64,000 nt of DNA, taken from the NCBI RefSeq assembly GCF_009914755.1, contig NC_060927.1. One strand, given 5' to 3'. The position numbers and the translations under genes were made by a program. Below the pieces are notes generated by a model that had not been told where the DNA came from, did not search any database, and saw only the letters and a program-made list of their open reading frames with translations. Positions 11,895-28,044 of the stretch are shown here, one piece after another (position 1 is the stretch's first letter; the number at the start of each line of letters is the position of its first letter). Source of the stretch: the human T2T-CHM13v2.0 reference genome, Homo sapiens.

Positions 11895-12032
11895 CTGACA
11901 CTTGGACAGTCATAGTGACCTGGCTTCCATCCATGACTTTGAGATCAGAGAGGCCCTGCAGGAAGATGGGTGCAGTGGGCTTGCTGGGAGCCACAGGCAG
12001 AAGGTACTCACTCTTCCTGCTACTCTTCTTTT
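11895..12032 (-). CDS. MYLK: MYLK exon 14 (138 bp)
   Basis: Translates KKSSRKSEYLLPVAPSKP...VTMTVQVS; cacag acceptor and gtctgt donor. Confidence 0.96.
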
Positions 12033-12649
12033 CTGTGTGGTAGAAAACAGAACGTGGGGTGAACATTCATGCATTCATTCAACAAACACAGACTAAATGA
12101 CCACTTGGTACATGACTGTGTTGATGCTCAGTTCCCACCAGAAACTGGCAGCTAACAGATAAAGAGTGTTTGGAGTTTCTAGAGATCATTAGGAACAAGA
12201 TGCCTCCCATTTCTCTGCTTGGCAATGACGATGTTCTTGCCTGATAGCCAGGAATGAACAATGAGTTCTTATAAGTTTGTGAGTTTTAAAAAATATTTTA
12301 TTTATTTTTCAGATAAATGATACACTCACATGGCACAAAATTCAAAAGGTACCAAAGAGTATGGCAAGTCTCCCTCCCACCCCATCCCCCAGCCACCAGT
12401 GATCTCTCCTCAGAGGCAACGAGTTTTCAGTTTCTTGTTCATCTTGCCAGAAATGATCTACGTGTGTAACATACAGAAGCAAACAGGCATTTATTTTCTT
12501 CTTAAAAAAGTAAATGAAAGCACGTTACACAAAATGCTTGGCATCCCTTTAACAATACATCTTGGTGTCTCTCATAAGACAGAACTGAAGAGCTTCTTTG
12601 TCATTTTCGATAATTATATGGTGCTCCATTCCCATCCTAGGAGGTTTTA

Positions 12650-13520
<871 letters not shown>

Positions 13521-15717
13521 GGGAGAAAAAATCAATTTCTCTGAGACAGGGAGTGTATCGGCAAGTCAAGGAGGAGGGTGAGAGGCCTGGCGCCTCACTC
13601 ACATTCAGTTTCTTGTGGAGGTGGGTGAACAGCCTTTCCTCATGCTTAGAATCCCTGCCTCACAGGAGCTGAAGGGGAGGGGACTGCAGAGTGGCTGGCC
13701 CTGCCATCCACGTCTCACAGGGAACAATCCTGGTGCAGGACAAGCCATGGCTGCCCAGCCTCTGGTATCTCCCTTGGTTCTGTGAGCCAGGCAGCTTGAC
13801 TTTCAGTAATGCCATTTTAGCAATTTTTGTTTTTGTTTTTGGCAGGTTCAACTGTTGAGAAAGGGAGGGTTAGGATATCTCTAACTTAAACCCTAAGTTT
13901 CTGGGGAAAGGGCCACAGGCATTTTGGGTTCTTCTCAACACAGGACCACAAATACTAGACCTTCTTCAGGAAGTGGAGCCATGGGGAGGTTTCCAGGGTA
14001 TGTAATGTATCTGGGCAGGTGTCACCTCCAAAGTTGCCACCGAATTTTTATCCACTGCCACTGAAAATGAAAGCAGGCCTACTGTAGAACTCTCCTAGCC
14101 CAGCCTCTGGGAACCTGGATGGGGAGAGGCTGGGAAGGTCCAGGAGGCTGGAGGAAAACTTCCCCCAAAGCAGGTGCAGTTGAAGGGCATGGAGCCTGAG
14201 TGTGAGAGCAGGTAACCCCCCACGGTCCCCTTGGAAGATGGGGCTCTCAGGCCCCTGCTGCTCTCTGGTGCTGCTGACTCAGCACCGCAGCCTTCGACGG
14301 AGGGCCGCCAGGGGCCTTGGCAGAAGCTCTGGGAGTGGGCTTGGGGGCACAGGATTGGAAATGCATTGATCTATCTCGTTTCTCTCACTAGGCTGCAGCA
14401 GTCAGGAGAGCTGGCTGCCTCGGGAGAGTTGAGGAATTTCCTGTCTTGCACAGACTGAGAAGGCTCAAGGACAAAATGTTTTTGTCTTTCTATAGCATTC
14501 CCTGTTCCTGCCTCTCTGCAATCTCAGCGAGTCCCCAGCCTTACAGAGCTTCATGCAGATGGGCTCAAATTCCTAGATGCTACGGGAACGTCACCAACTC
14601 CAGCGCACTCCCCTTTAAGCCTGTGGCAGTCTCCTCTTCAACCCCACCTTCTCTGGGTTCTTCCCACAGCCCCTGTTTCCTGGGGGTTTGGCAAAGCCAA
14701 GTCACCCTGTGGGTCTCAGCCATTGGGGACTAAAAGCCTATCTGCCTCTCCCTCCCCTGGGAGCTCAGAAGTATGCATGAAAGGGTGGCCTGGGAGCTGC
14801 CTCCCACCTGGCAGCTCACTGGTTCCACCTGCAGCTGTGGAGGGGATCCTGGCCTCAGGCAAGTCTGCCTCCGTCTGAAGCCCCACTTCCTCATCGGTCT
14901 CTACGGGGAGTCGTGGTATCATCACAGGACTTTGGGTAGTTTTAAAGAGATAATAGGTAAAAATACTTTGTACAACCATTCATTATCAATGAGAACATTT
15001 GTACGAGCCTAGCATGAGAACTGACTCACATCTATCCACTTGGGCTCAATTACTCAATGGGTTTATCAGCAGTCAAAGAACCAATGGAGTCTGGGCTTCA
15101 CCCAAGGATTATGGACTCATTTTTATAGGACCTGAGGCAAATACTATTAGGAATACAAATGCGTTGCTTAAAAATATCATGGGATATATCTCAAAGTAAA
15201 TTGAGGACAAGCTTTCATTGCACCCCCTCCAGGAGATGAGTGAGTGAACTTGGGGGAAACCGGCCGATCGGCAGACATTTAGTTCGGTGTCACTCATTGC
15301 CCCCGGTCCTGTGTTTTGTTCCCCAAAGCCCTACAGCAAGAAAGAAGGGAAGATGGAAATGATTGGGAGTGAATGTTCAGAACGAGCCTGTTCTCAGACC
15401 GGCAAGGTGGGACCCAGTCCCAACTCACCATTCCACTGTACTGGTGTAGAGACCAGGAGAGACTTAACTAACGGGAAGTGACTTGGCTAACATCATGGGG
15501 CCAGTGTGGGCAGACCCAGAGCTCATGCCCAGGCCTTCTGATGACAAGGCCGGGATGTTACGTAGGCGTCCCTTCAAAGGGAACCAGTCTCCTCCAACGG
15601 TGCCCATGGTGACCGCTCCAGGACAAACACACTGTCAGCTGACCCACATCCTAGATCCTTGACAACCGAGAAAAACTAAAGCAGAACAGAGACAAGCCAG
15701 GTGAAAAGAGCAACACA

Positions 15718-15718
<1 letters not shown>

Positions 15719-15755
<37 letters not shown>
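15719..15755. repeat. (TG)18 microsatellite
   Basis: Uninterrupted TG run. Confidence 0.97.
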
Positions 15756-15757
<2 letters not shown>

Positions 15758-18700
15758 TGCAATTCATTCCAAAGCCAAACAAATTATTCCGGCTCATCTC
15801 TGGCCTCTAGCCTCTATCAGTTTCTGCTCACTCTTCTGTGGACTTAAGTAAAATACGAAAGGACAGATGGAAACTGGCATTCTTAACTCGTGGCCCTGGC
15901 TGTGTGATCTGAAGCAACCTTCCCAAAGCAAGCCTCGGTGTTCTCTCCTCCAAACTTATGGCAACATAATACTGAGAAGTATGATGTCTGCATCATCAGT
16001 CTAATGCATGGTAATATTGCAGGGTTTTAGATGATTAGAAAGTAACATATAAAACAGCTAGAACAATACATGGCACACAAGCAGTATAAAAATCAATGTT
16101 TTCTGACTTTCCCAACCCAACTAACTCCTTTGGTTGTGGAAATTCAACCTGATAATAACTCCAATGAGAAAAACCCCCCAAACCAGAACTTTCATGTAAC
16201 GATGATTCCTTATAAAGCCCAGCGCTCCAGGATTCCAAAAGATGTTCATAGCTAATTCAGTGTTACCCTCAACATCTCGGAAGTATTGGGCAGATTGTGT
16301 CCGTTTTACAGTGGAGGGAGCTGAGACTCAGAGAAAGAAGCTCGCCTGTCCTAAGGTCCTGGGGCTGCGATGCCCCATGAGGAGGGAGATGCTGCTGGTG
16401 GGGTCCTGGTCTGGGTGCTTTCCCTTGACTGTCCTGGGAGCAGAGGCAGGTCTCAATTCTGTGAGGAGCTTTCTGTCATCATCCATATTCATGTCCAGAG
16501 CTACCCATTACCCTGGGAGTCACTCCTCTCTGCTTGTCCTTGGCCTCCTTCTAGCATCATCCTGGTTTAAGGACCAGGGTCTGAGGCAAGAGGCCCCCAG
16601 TGACAAGGTTGTCTCAGAGAGCCCAAGACTTCTTCGTCTTGGGAGGACACCCACTGGCCATGGCACACAAATAGCAAGGGATGCTTTGCTGGGACCCAGT
16701 GACAGACTTGCCCAGCTCAAATGGGGCCAAACTAAATATACCCCGGGTTTCCCCACAGCTGTGCTTCCTGCTGCTCTGCTGAGACTGAGCCCAGAGAGGG
16801 CCTTCTTTCTGGAGTGCAGAAAGGGCTGAGTCTCCTTGCTTTCCTTGCCTAGGATTAAGGATCTAAAGTGCATTTATCTGTTGCTCTGTTACTTGGTATT
16901 AGCCAATTCACTCCTGGACTCAGTCATTAAACTGCCACTGTCCCATTTTGACAGAATGGAAAAGGATTGATCGGGCTGTCGTCCAATGGGAAAGACAAGC
17001 ACAATGACTACGAATAAGCCCAAGCAGACTGCTGACAAGTAAAAACGATGCCATGTAGACGAAGCTGTTAATAGGACTTAAGAAAGAGCAAGAATGGAGA
17101 AAGGGAAGAACAGAGAGAAGAGAAAGAAAAAGAGGCAATGTGAAGAAGAGAGAGGGGGAAAAGGGAAGCAAAGGAAGGGGGAGAGAATGAGAGACAGACA
17201 GATATACGCACTCTCCCCTTTATGATTCTACTGACCCATGGAGTTTTTCCGTCCTTGCCATTTTGGCTGTTTTTGACTCACTAGAAGTTGTTTTTGAAGC
17301 CAGTTCCTAGTCATGAAACTAAACATGAAATGATCGCTCTGGTGAAGCAAAAGCATCAAACAAATGACCTATCAGGATCCAAGAGCAGCCATGCAGAAAG
17401 CCCATGGGCTGAAGCAGGTGGTGGCCTGGTGCTGCTGCTGATCACCTGGACTACTGTGGGCAGCTGACATCACCTCCTGAGCATCACTTTCTTCATCTGT
17501 AAAGTGAATTCGGAAGTGTCAAGTGGAGTTGTTGTGAGAATTAAATAAAACAAGCCAGCTTTTCTAGCCAATTAGACTTTCCTATCAAACAATTCCTTCT
17601 TAAAAACAAATTGATAGTGGTTTTACTTTAAAAACCTAATATAAATTGATACCCAACATGGCGTTTTGGAAAGCTTTTATTTAGAGGAAGAGTTAGGAGC
17701 AGTTTGCTACCTCTTGCACTAATTCTTCTTATAAAATAACCAGTAAAGCCTCTTCTTCAAACCCAGCACCAGGAGTGAGGCCTTTACCTCCTCTAGGACC
17801 TGACACTAGGAACCCACTGTTGCCTTTGTCCTGGTGGCTGACCAGGATCTGCCATCTCCTTCTGCACTACAATAATTCTCCTGTCTTCCCTTCACAGCCC
17901 TTCCTTTTCTTTCCGTTGTTTTAGTAGGAAAAACAACTAAATTCTGAATTTCTCCTTATAAGTGTGTTTTTCTACCTGCCAACATTTGCTGGTCAACTTG
18001 CTACTTTCTGAAGCCCCAAGGTCCTGGATCCAAATTTGCATTCAACGCATGTTTGCCTTAATCTTGGATCTACCAAATATTTTCCTTAGGCTTTGAACAT
18101 GAGCTGTATTCCTTAGTTATTACAATGCAAAATGCCATTCCAACAGCAATTCTGATTCACTCCAAACCCTGTTATACTATGGAAATTCAACAGATCACCA
18201 ATTGAGGGGGCACCATGGAAGCACAGTGCCCCCATCTTTCTTTATTTGGAGTTCAAAATCCAGCATGGTCCAGGGATCACCACCAGCCTCCTCCTTTCCC
18301 TAAATTCCAGGATTGTTAACTCTGGAGGATTCATCAAAGAAGAGTTACATTCTCCCTGCTGACACGCCACACAGCCCCTTCCCATTTCCAGGGGGTTTGT
18401 GCAAGCTGTAAATCCCCGGGGCATCTGAATTCCCCTTAAACAAAAGTCTGTCTCCTAACCAAACAGAACCTTCTTGAAGTCAGCAAAATGGCTACTTTGT
18501 GGCATTAAAAGGATTTTTCCTCCCATAGCCTTGTTTTCTTTTGGCCTCCCTTCCTCCCAGAACTTAAGAAGCAAATGGGAAGAGAAGTGTGCGAGGAAAA
18601 GAATGAAAGGAACAATGACGTATAATATCCCAAAAAAGATCTCTGACCAGTAATGATAGGGTTGCTAGCTGGGAAGCAAGGATCACTGAAACCACAGCCT

Positions 18701-19965
18701 TTCCACTGTCTTAGAAGCTATAATCACACTCTAAACATAAAGGTATGGCATCCAAACCACCCACTGTTCCCTCCCAGTGCGGGCCTGGAAGCCACACTCT
18801 CAGTTACACTGTCATCACATGGGTCACATTTTGCCACTAGGAGCTCAATGCTGCGATTCTGGATAGCATTCTTGATCTGGGTCTCTATGTAATTATGACT
18901 GACTATGGGCTGTAGAGGTGGAGAGTTATAAAGCTCTATAATGGCCCTATTAGTAAAATGAGGCTCAAATTCTATGGCATGGGCACAAACGTACACGTAT
19001 ATGCTCAGAAGTCTTTCTGTAACACAAAGAACCCATGTGGTACACAAACCCAATTCTGTACTCAACCTACATAAAATGAAAATATTGGTTATAAATTTTA
19101 ACATGTAATTAATTGCTTGCCTTCTTACAGTTTAAAGGCTTGTGGACAGATGTTTTGAATAAACTAAGCTTCTTAATATATATAAAAAAGGCAAGTTAAA
19201 ACTGGTATTTATTCTTCTTCAATATATTTTTCTGTAGCCAATGTAAGTATTTAAGAAGTTGTCAGTGTTTTTAAGCTTGAGGAGGTCAGGATCCATACGT
19301 TATGTTAACTGGATAGATTGTATAGTGTCCAAAGTACCTGTGCATAACCAGGGAAGACAAAGGAGGTGGCTCCAGGCTGCCCCGCAGAGTGTCTGGTATT
19401 AATCTGAAAACAAACTGTGCCTCTACTCATTGCCAAGCAAACGCTGACTTCACTGATGCCTGTTGTCTTCATTAGAAGCTCTGCATCAAAACAAATACTC
19501 TAATAAATATGCTTGTTATATTTTATTATCTATTCTAGAGATGATCTTTTCATCTTTTTAACTTACCCACATTTTATGTCCTTAGATGCCTTAAACAGGC
19601 CCACTAGGCCTTCAGTTAAATAAACAAACCGTTAGGCTGAGAAACTATGTCAAATGGGCACAACTGGCAGGCTATTAATAAATCTAGACACTTAAGAATT
19701 TTAGCCTTGATGGAGATACTCCAGGGGGAAAAAAATTTTAAATATTCTAGCCCAAGGAAGCCCCCAGCAATGACTCAGTCCAAACGCTGTGAAATATATA
19801 CTGTATTTCAGATATTCCTGGGCTCTGCAGGAATTTGAATTAATCATCCTGGATCAGGACTCATCCTGGGTCAGGAGGAAAGACATTCATTGCTTGGTTA
19901 ACTATTGGGGAATTTTTTTTCCCTAGCCTGTGTTGGGGAAAGAAGGAATATTTGTTGAGGGACTC

Positions 19966-20273
<308 letters not shown>

Positions 20274-22169
20274 CTGTTGAGGGACTCTTGAAGGTAATTT
20301 GCAGATTTCCTGCACACCCTAATGGGCACTGAGCCCCCAGAAAAGCGAGGAATTCTAGGGAATGCCTCCCTGCACTGCAGGGGAGGTTCGGCAACCTCTG
20401 TGCTCTCATCCATTCAGGGAATGCATGCTCCCATGGCAGGCCTGGCTCTACACACAGTATGACGTGATCCCTCCCTGCAGGGAGCTTACAGTGTGGAGAG
20501 GAAGATAATTAAGCAAGTAGAGTAAAATGAAAGTGAATTTTCACGGAGTAAATTGTTTTCTCCTCTCCTCCAGAGGCCTGGAATGGTGAGCCCCCGCATT
20601 CTGAACTCACTTTCTATCACACTGCCCCGTCTACTTTGCTGCAGCCACAGAGGCTGCTGTCTTGCTACTCCTCGAATGGGTCAACCTTGCTCCTGACTCA
20701 GGGCCTTGCACTTGCTGTGCTGCCCACCTAGAGCTCTCTTTCCCCAGGCCATGGACACCTCTGAGGCTTCCTCCCAGCACTAAAGATACACCCTCTCACC
20801 CTCCTCGATTCACACACCCCACTCACTGGCTTTTTCTCTTTATAATTATTCCTTTGTGACCTGCTCATGTTCTTAACAGCACGTGCCAGCATTTGAAATG
20901 AGGCCAGGTGCTGATTGCTGCTGGCATCCTCATCAGAACGTAAGCACCCTGCAGGCAGGGCCCTCAGCTGTCCTGTCTACTGCAGTTTCCCCAGAACAAT
21001 GCCTGGCACTGATCAATATAGGCGCGCAGTAAAGACTTGTTGATAAGTAAGTGTAATACTAGAAGCACACGGTGTTCAGGGAACGCATTCTGGGGTGATT
21101 AGGGTAGGCTTCCCAGAGAAAGTGACATTTGTGGGAGTTTCCAGGATTTGGAGAAGAAGAGAGTCACTGAGGAGGGAAGGCAGAGAAAGCATGAAGGGCT
21201 GGCTGCAGAAATCGCGTCTGAGGGCTGCACCAGCAATCTCGATGATTGCAAAATCTCGGCAAAAGGCGAGAGGTGAGAAAGAGCCCCTGCATCTGGCCTT
21301 TGGCACAGTATCTGCTGAGCTCTCAGAATAAGCTTGCTTGCAGCAGAGCTGCCCCTCAACCACCCCCGAGAGAAGACAACTGGAGGGACACGCGTTGCTG
21401 CATGGTGCCACCTTGTGGCCAGAGCCCTTGGAAGCAGGCACGAGTGTTCATGGCTTGTGTCTGGCTGGACACCTCCCTCCTCTGATTCTCTGATGGCCAA
21501 ACAAACACACAATACTGTAGCAAAGTGGATCCTTTGGGAAAACCCCTCCTCAGTCTTGGCATTTGTAAGGATTGTATCTTGTTTAAAGGTGGGCTCTGCT
21601 GGACAATCATAATCACAGCACATACCTATGGAGGGTGTGTGCTATCCTATGCTCTGGGGATACTTTGCACATTCATTCACTTAATCCTCACAGTACCGCG
21701 ACTGTCAGCATCTCCATTTCACACAAGAGGAAGCTGAGGTCTGGAATGCTAAAACGCCAGGGTGCAGGGCTAGTAAGTGGCAGAGCAGGACTCACACCCA
21801 GGCCGCTGGCTCCACATCCATGCTCCCCACCGTGGCCTGGTGCCACACTAAGGGCAAGAGAGGGCTGGACCTGGACAGCTAAGGGAGGGGTGAAGCAGCC
21901 ATCAGTGCAGTAGGGAACAAACACCTCCACTGTGATCATCTCCCCCAGCCCAGGCTTGTCCCGAGGATCCAGAGCCAACGGGGCTGCCAATCAAGTCAGA
22001 AAAACTCCACAGCAGAGGACAGCGCAGGGAGCAGCCCCGAGCCTCCTGAGTGTCTCAGGGCACCGTGCCAGGGGGTGTCGCTGTGCCAGGCTCACCCTGC
22101 TCCAATCCTATGCCAAGAGCCCAAATGCTGCCGGGCCTGAGCGTGCGGCTGCGTCTTCAGCCTTGTTCA

Positions 22170-22179
22170 CCATTTATGG
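22170..22179. promoter_or_regulatory. CArG box CCATTTATGG in intron 13
   Basis: Exact CC(A/T)6GG match; function unproven. Confidence 0.35.
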
Positions 22180-24239
22180 TATCTGAGCCTGTCTGGTCTT
22201 TATAGCCCAGTACATCCCCCACACTGGGAGGGGGTTCTCTCATGCAGGCCTCTTCTCCGAGCAAATCCAAACTTCCTTGGCAGAGTTTTTGCCTGGGACC
22301 TCTCTGTGCTTTTTGTTTTCCTTTGGATGGGTGGTGATCCTTCAGGTCCCAGCCCCCACAGGCCCGGGAGTCAGGAGGATGGCCCTAAAGAATTCTTGAT
22401 CCTTTGCCTGGGACTCCCACCTCCAGGGGACTCTTAGCTCAGCTGGGTCACTCTAATCCAATCTAAACACAGGCAAGCCAGGACAGACATTGGATTAGTC
22501 CTTGGCTGTGGCTGTGGAGGGAGTATCAGAAAACAGAGGGCTGAGCCACGGCGGCTCTACGTGTAGCATTCTGACTCTTGCTGCCCCTTACTCGACTCTG
22601 GGGTTGGCCACGCTGGCCTCCAAGAAGAGCCCCCAGGTGAGTCCTGCTTCCTGGACCTCAGAGACAAGGTTCTCAGCAGTTCAGGTTTCCTCTGAAATCT
22701 CATTATCACAATTTCCTGAGCTCCCCACCTGGCTCCCAGGGAGTCATGAAGTTAGAACTATGAGGATAAATGAGTAAGTTTGTAAACCAGAATCTGGCTG
22801 CAAATTCCCAGAGGCCAGAGCTGGGCTCTGAACCCAGTGTGGTGGGTTTCCTGGAAGGAAGGGGTGGACCAGTTTCTCGTGCTCACTCCCGGCAGAGAGC
22901 TTCACAGAGCCAGCGTCAGTCACATTCTCCATCAGTGCCAGTTCCTTCATCCCTAAGGGACTGACACTGCCCAGCCCACAGTGGCCAGTCTTCCCCTTTG
23001 AGCCAGGGGATGTGTCCTCTGAAAAAGGTCAGGGCATAGGAATGAGCACAGACTTGAAAGTCACAGGCTGTGGGCTCCAGGGTGCAGCTTTGCAGACTAA
23101 CGTGATGCGCTTAGGCAAGTTACATTCAATTCCCGAGACTTCCAGAGCCTTCTGTCTGAAATCAGGACAGCATCCTTGTCCCCTAGGCTACTGAGGTCTC
23201 AGTGAGAGAATACGGGTGAGGTGAAAGTATTTAACACAGTAAGCCACAAATGTTTCTTCCCCTTTCCTTTTCTGCGAAACTTCCTCCTGCAGCCTCCCAG
23301 ACAGTGGCTACTCATACAACACGGAGATGTTCCTGACAGGCCTGAGCCCCGGGGAATGGAGAGATGTATCCTCCTGCTTGTCTGATGGGAGACCAGTCAC
23401 GCTGCACTCAGTGCTAGCACCAGAGGACCCAGTCACGCACAGGAGCCGGGGGCATAGGCTCAGGGTGATGGTGGGATCAGGCTTACCTGAAAGCCCTGGA
23501 CCCAAGAAGCACTTCCGCGGGAACTGTCACCAGGCCTGCTGATACCACAGCCCAGACAGATCTGTCTTGAGTCTGAGGCTCCCTGCAGTTCCCGGGGACT
23601 AAGTGCTTGGCTGATGAATGGATGACCATGATAATCAGATTACTGGAGACCAGGCTGCTGATGTGTAAAAACAAGCCTGGGCCCGTGAGTAGAAGGGGGG
23701 CAGAAAGGGGACAACCTGTGACCCTCTGGAAGCCTCAGTGTGCACACTGTGACCCAGGGTCCCCCAGCATGTAAGGGGTCACTGGGAGGCCACTGACTGT
23801 TCAGGGAATACGTGAGTGCTCTCCCAAGTCCTTTTGTAGTGTGCGAGGTTTTCTTCTGACCAGACCTGGAGCTTCTGGAGCTAAGGGAGCCCTATCTCTT
23901 TCCCCCATACCTTTCCATGGCCCCAGTGGAGAGAGGGGGTGAGGAAAAGGCCACCTCTGATGACTCCCTTGTGGCTGTGAACTCCTGGAGGTCATCTCCC
24001 TCACTTCCTACCTGCAGGTGCAGCACTTTTTAAGGACCCTCTCCTCTGTCCCTAAGAGGTTGCAGCAGCCACTCCTCTGTCACGGCACCTGCCGCTGCCA
24101 GTGGTGTGGAGTAGTGCCATGTGCACCTCTGCTCCCTGGATTTGAGCTCATGATACCATTTTCTACAAATGTGCCCTTCCTCCAAAGCAGAAGTGCCTGC
24201 AGGAAAGGTGCTTCTACCCAGGTGCCCAGAGACTCCTAC

Positions 24240-24392
24240 CATGGACGGTGACCCAGGCGCTGCAGGACACCTGCCCCAAGGCATTCTCAGCTAGGCAGGT
24301 GTAGGTGCCATGGTCCTCCGGCAGGGCATCCTGGATGTGGAGCTCAGCCACGCCGGCCTCGCAGGTGGAGCGAGCGTACTGGATGGGCTGCC
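24240..24392 (-). CDS. MYLK: MYLK exon 13 (153 bp), Ig domain
   Basis: Translates QPIQYARSTCEAGVAELHIQD...SAWVTVH; AG/GT boundaries. Confidence 0.97.
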
Positions 24393-25924
24393 CTGTGGAG
24401 GAAGCACAGGAAGGCTCAGGCCAGGCAGCACTGGCAGTAGGGATGGGAGCCCTGTCCTCAGCAGGGCTGCTGCTGTCATGACGCTGAGACTTGTCATGCT
24501 TGTCAGATCCATTGAGGGCTAATGATGTACCATGCACATCTCCAGCCAGCTGGACAGAGGCTTATGGGCTGGAGAAAGAGCCAGGGGCTAAGGAGATGAA
24601 GGAAAGGGAGTAATTGTGTGGTGGAGGAGGAAGACGGGGCCTAGAGGGATGGGGGAGGGAGAATCTGGAGGAATTAAAAATGCAGGAGGGAAAGGGACAG
24701 AGTTTTGGGCATTCTGTGTTAAACAGTCTCCAAATCCACATCCTCAACTTCACAGAATTCTGAGCCTGGAGAGACTTTTACACGGTCATCTGGCCCATAG
24801 CCCAGCCTCAGGCAAAACGGAGCTTTCCCAGGCTGAACATGGGGTGCCCAGCTCCACTTAGATGTCTCCAGAAACAACGATTCAATTTTCCACTGTAGAT
24901 ATTTATCAAAAAGCAATTCTGCATCCCCCACCCACTGTTGCAGTTAGGTGCATTTCTTCTATGCAATTAGGTGTATTTTAGGGTTCACAGAAAAGATAAA
25001 TATAGGGAACTAAAAATGACTCGGCTCCTTTTTTCCAGAGTCCCTTACATGTGACATGTTCCAGGTAACATAAAGTCCTGCATGGAGACAGGAGTGCATG
25101 CAATGAGCTTCAGTGGTTTCCTTAATGCTCTATGTTCCTGGGAGTTTATCATTCTGGGATGTGACTTTTCATTTCCAGGAAAAAAAAAATCTCATTACTG
25201 AAGAGTCTGTCCTCGGAGCAGGAATGTGTCCAGCTGCCATATAGGAAGCAACTGTCAGTTTCTTCCCTTGCCAGGCCCCAGGGTCCTGGTTTGCACTTCA
25301 TAAAATTGGGGTCGGCCAGTGGGGAAGGGAGACAGTACAGAAAGAAGTCGTCTCCCTGCAATGCAGTGTTTTCTTCTGCACATAGCAACACTTCATGTCT
25401 CCATGACAGTTTGGCAAAGAGACCAGCAAGCACATCATAGGACTAGAGGGGAAGATTCCTCTCAACCTATTGCATTTCATAAAAGTGGGGCCGAGGGCTG
25501 GGAAAGGCAGGGGCCTGGATCCTGCCACTGAGAGAAGTGAGCACTGCTCTTTGTTTTTACTTTTTGTCACAATGGTACCCTCCAAACCTCTCTTCCTTGA
25601 CAATACCAGTGTATTCCCTGACTGCCGCCAATGTGTCTCTTCTGTCCAAACATGTGCTGACAAGCCTTTTGAGAGCTCTCCTTTAACTGGAACGTAACTC
25701 ACTGTGGCCCCACAAACATGGGATGGGATGGAGGCCCCAGAAAGGAGCTGTTGGCTCAGGGCACATCAGAATTGGGAGACATTAGGCTCTCCCAGCTCGG
25801 AGGCTGGGTTAAACTAAAGTTAGCAGCCAAGGAAACCCAACTTGAGCATGATCGCCCTCTAGTGGAATGGGTGTGGAAACGCTAAGAGTCGCTGAGAAAA
25901 CACCGTCTTGAGTGATGTATAAAC

Positions 25925-26505
25925 TAGGAGACAGCAAGCTATGGCTCCTGGGCAGAATGCTAATTGCAGCTTGTTTTTGTAGCGCCTGCAAGCTAAGAAT
26001 AGTTTTTACATATTTTAAATGGCCGAAAAATATAAAGGTAATATATCTCATGATATGTAAAAATTATGTGAAACTCACATTTCAGTATTCATAAAGTTTT
26101 ACTGCAACATAGCCACACTCGTTCTTTCACTTATTGTCTATGGCTTATGTATTGTCTATTCTTTTACTTTTTGAGACAGGGTCTCACTCTTATTACCCAG
26201 GTTGGAGTGCAGTGGCTAAGTTTTGCTAAGCCTGGCTAAGTTTTGCTTTTTTTTTTTTTTTTTTTTTTTGTAGAGACAGGTTCACTGTGTTGGCCAGGCT
26301 GGTCTTGAACTCCTGAGCTCAGGCAATCCACCTGCCTTGGCCTCCCAGAGTGCTGGGATTACAGGAGTGGGCCACTGCGCCCAGCCTCCTATGGCTGCTT
26401 TTATACCACAACAGCAGAGTTGAGAGTTGTTAAAGAGGCTGTATGGCCTGAAAAGCTGAAAATAGCTACTACCTGGCCCTTTATAGAAAATGTTTGTTGA
26501 TACTT
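25925..26505 (+). mobile_element. MER58-type hAT remnant containing an internally deleted antisense Alu (26162-26386)
   Basis: GCTAAGAATAGTTTTTACAT and TGGCCCTTTATAGAAAA MER58 motifs flank the Alu. Confidence 0.7.
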
Positions 26506-26708
26506 AGTCTAGACTCCGTTATTAGTCCTTAACGCCCATATTGCATTCCAGCCACAAGGAGGCTGCCTCCTTGAAGTCAATCACTGGATCCAATAGGACT
26601 TCTGTCCTTTGCTAAGGGCTGGGAGGGAAGGCAGACCTCAATTCTCACTTACCTACCCAAGAACACTACATGTAGGAAGACTAGATGGCACTTCCTCTTA
26701 CTCACTAA

Positions 26709-27143
<435 letters not shown>

Positions 27144-28044
27144 CACTGCTGTCTTAAGGAGTGTATTCTATTAGGTATGAGAGTGAGCTGAGATCCCAAA
27201 CCTTCTTTTCCACCCTATCTTCTCATAGATAAAGAAGCTGGTACCCCGAGGGGTGAAGTGTCCAAGGTCACCCGACCACTCAGTGGTGGAGAAGGACAAG
27301 TGCCTGTGTCTCCTGACTCTCAGCAGGGGCTCTTTCACCCTCCCTGGGGATCCCCACAGTAGTCCCTGCTCCATCTTATCAGTTTAATGGACAGTTCTCA
27401 GTCTTCTAAAGTCAGAGTTCTCCCACACTGTTGAAATTAAATGGTCCTTTAAAAAGAAAAGGGTGATAATATACGGCAAATAATTTTTTAAAGGACCTTA
27501 CTTGACAAAAAAAAGAGTTGGCGAGTCTCTATAGGACTATCAGTTTAAAAAGAATAACTGGTCTGTGAGTCCCAGAACCACCTGCCACTAAATAAAAGGT
27601 AAGATCCCTCATGCGACTTTGAGAGTGGTTCATTAGTTTATTCATTTATTTGTTCATTTATTGACTCAATAAATATTAATTGAGGGCCTACTATGAGTTT
27701 GGCCATAAGAAAAGAAATCCAACTGCTCATGCCCCTATGTGTCAGGCATCTCATTAACCACTTTATAGAAATAATCTAATTTAATTTCACAACCACCACC
27801 CTGCACATAGGCAGCATGATTCCTGCCATGTAGATGGAGAACTCAAGGCTCAGACAGGAGTAGTAACTTGCTCAGCCAGTCGGGAGCAGGATCCCAGTGC
27901 CCGTGCTCTCTTTGTGCCCTGTGCTTCCTTCTCATACCACCAGGATGTCCAAGGCATAAATGGCTCAGAGGGATAAGTGAGAATTCAGGCAGCGCCAAAG
28001 GGCCCAGGGGATGGGAGCAGAGAGCTGGGGCAGGGGGATCTCAC

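Noticed and set aside
12006-12011. GTGAGT donor-like motif inside exon 14
   Set aside because: Only 21 nt from the acceptor with a non-consensus -1 base; much weaker case than the exon 18 site
16242-16829. 195-aa plus-strand ORF (similarly 36620-37171 and 63171-63746)
   Set aside because: No recognisable domain or splice structure; partly repeat-derived
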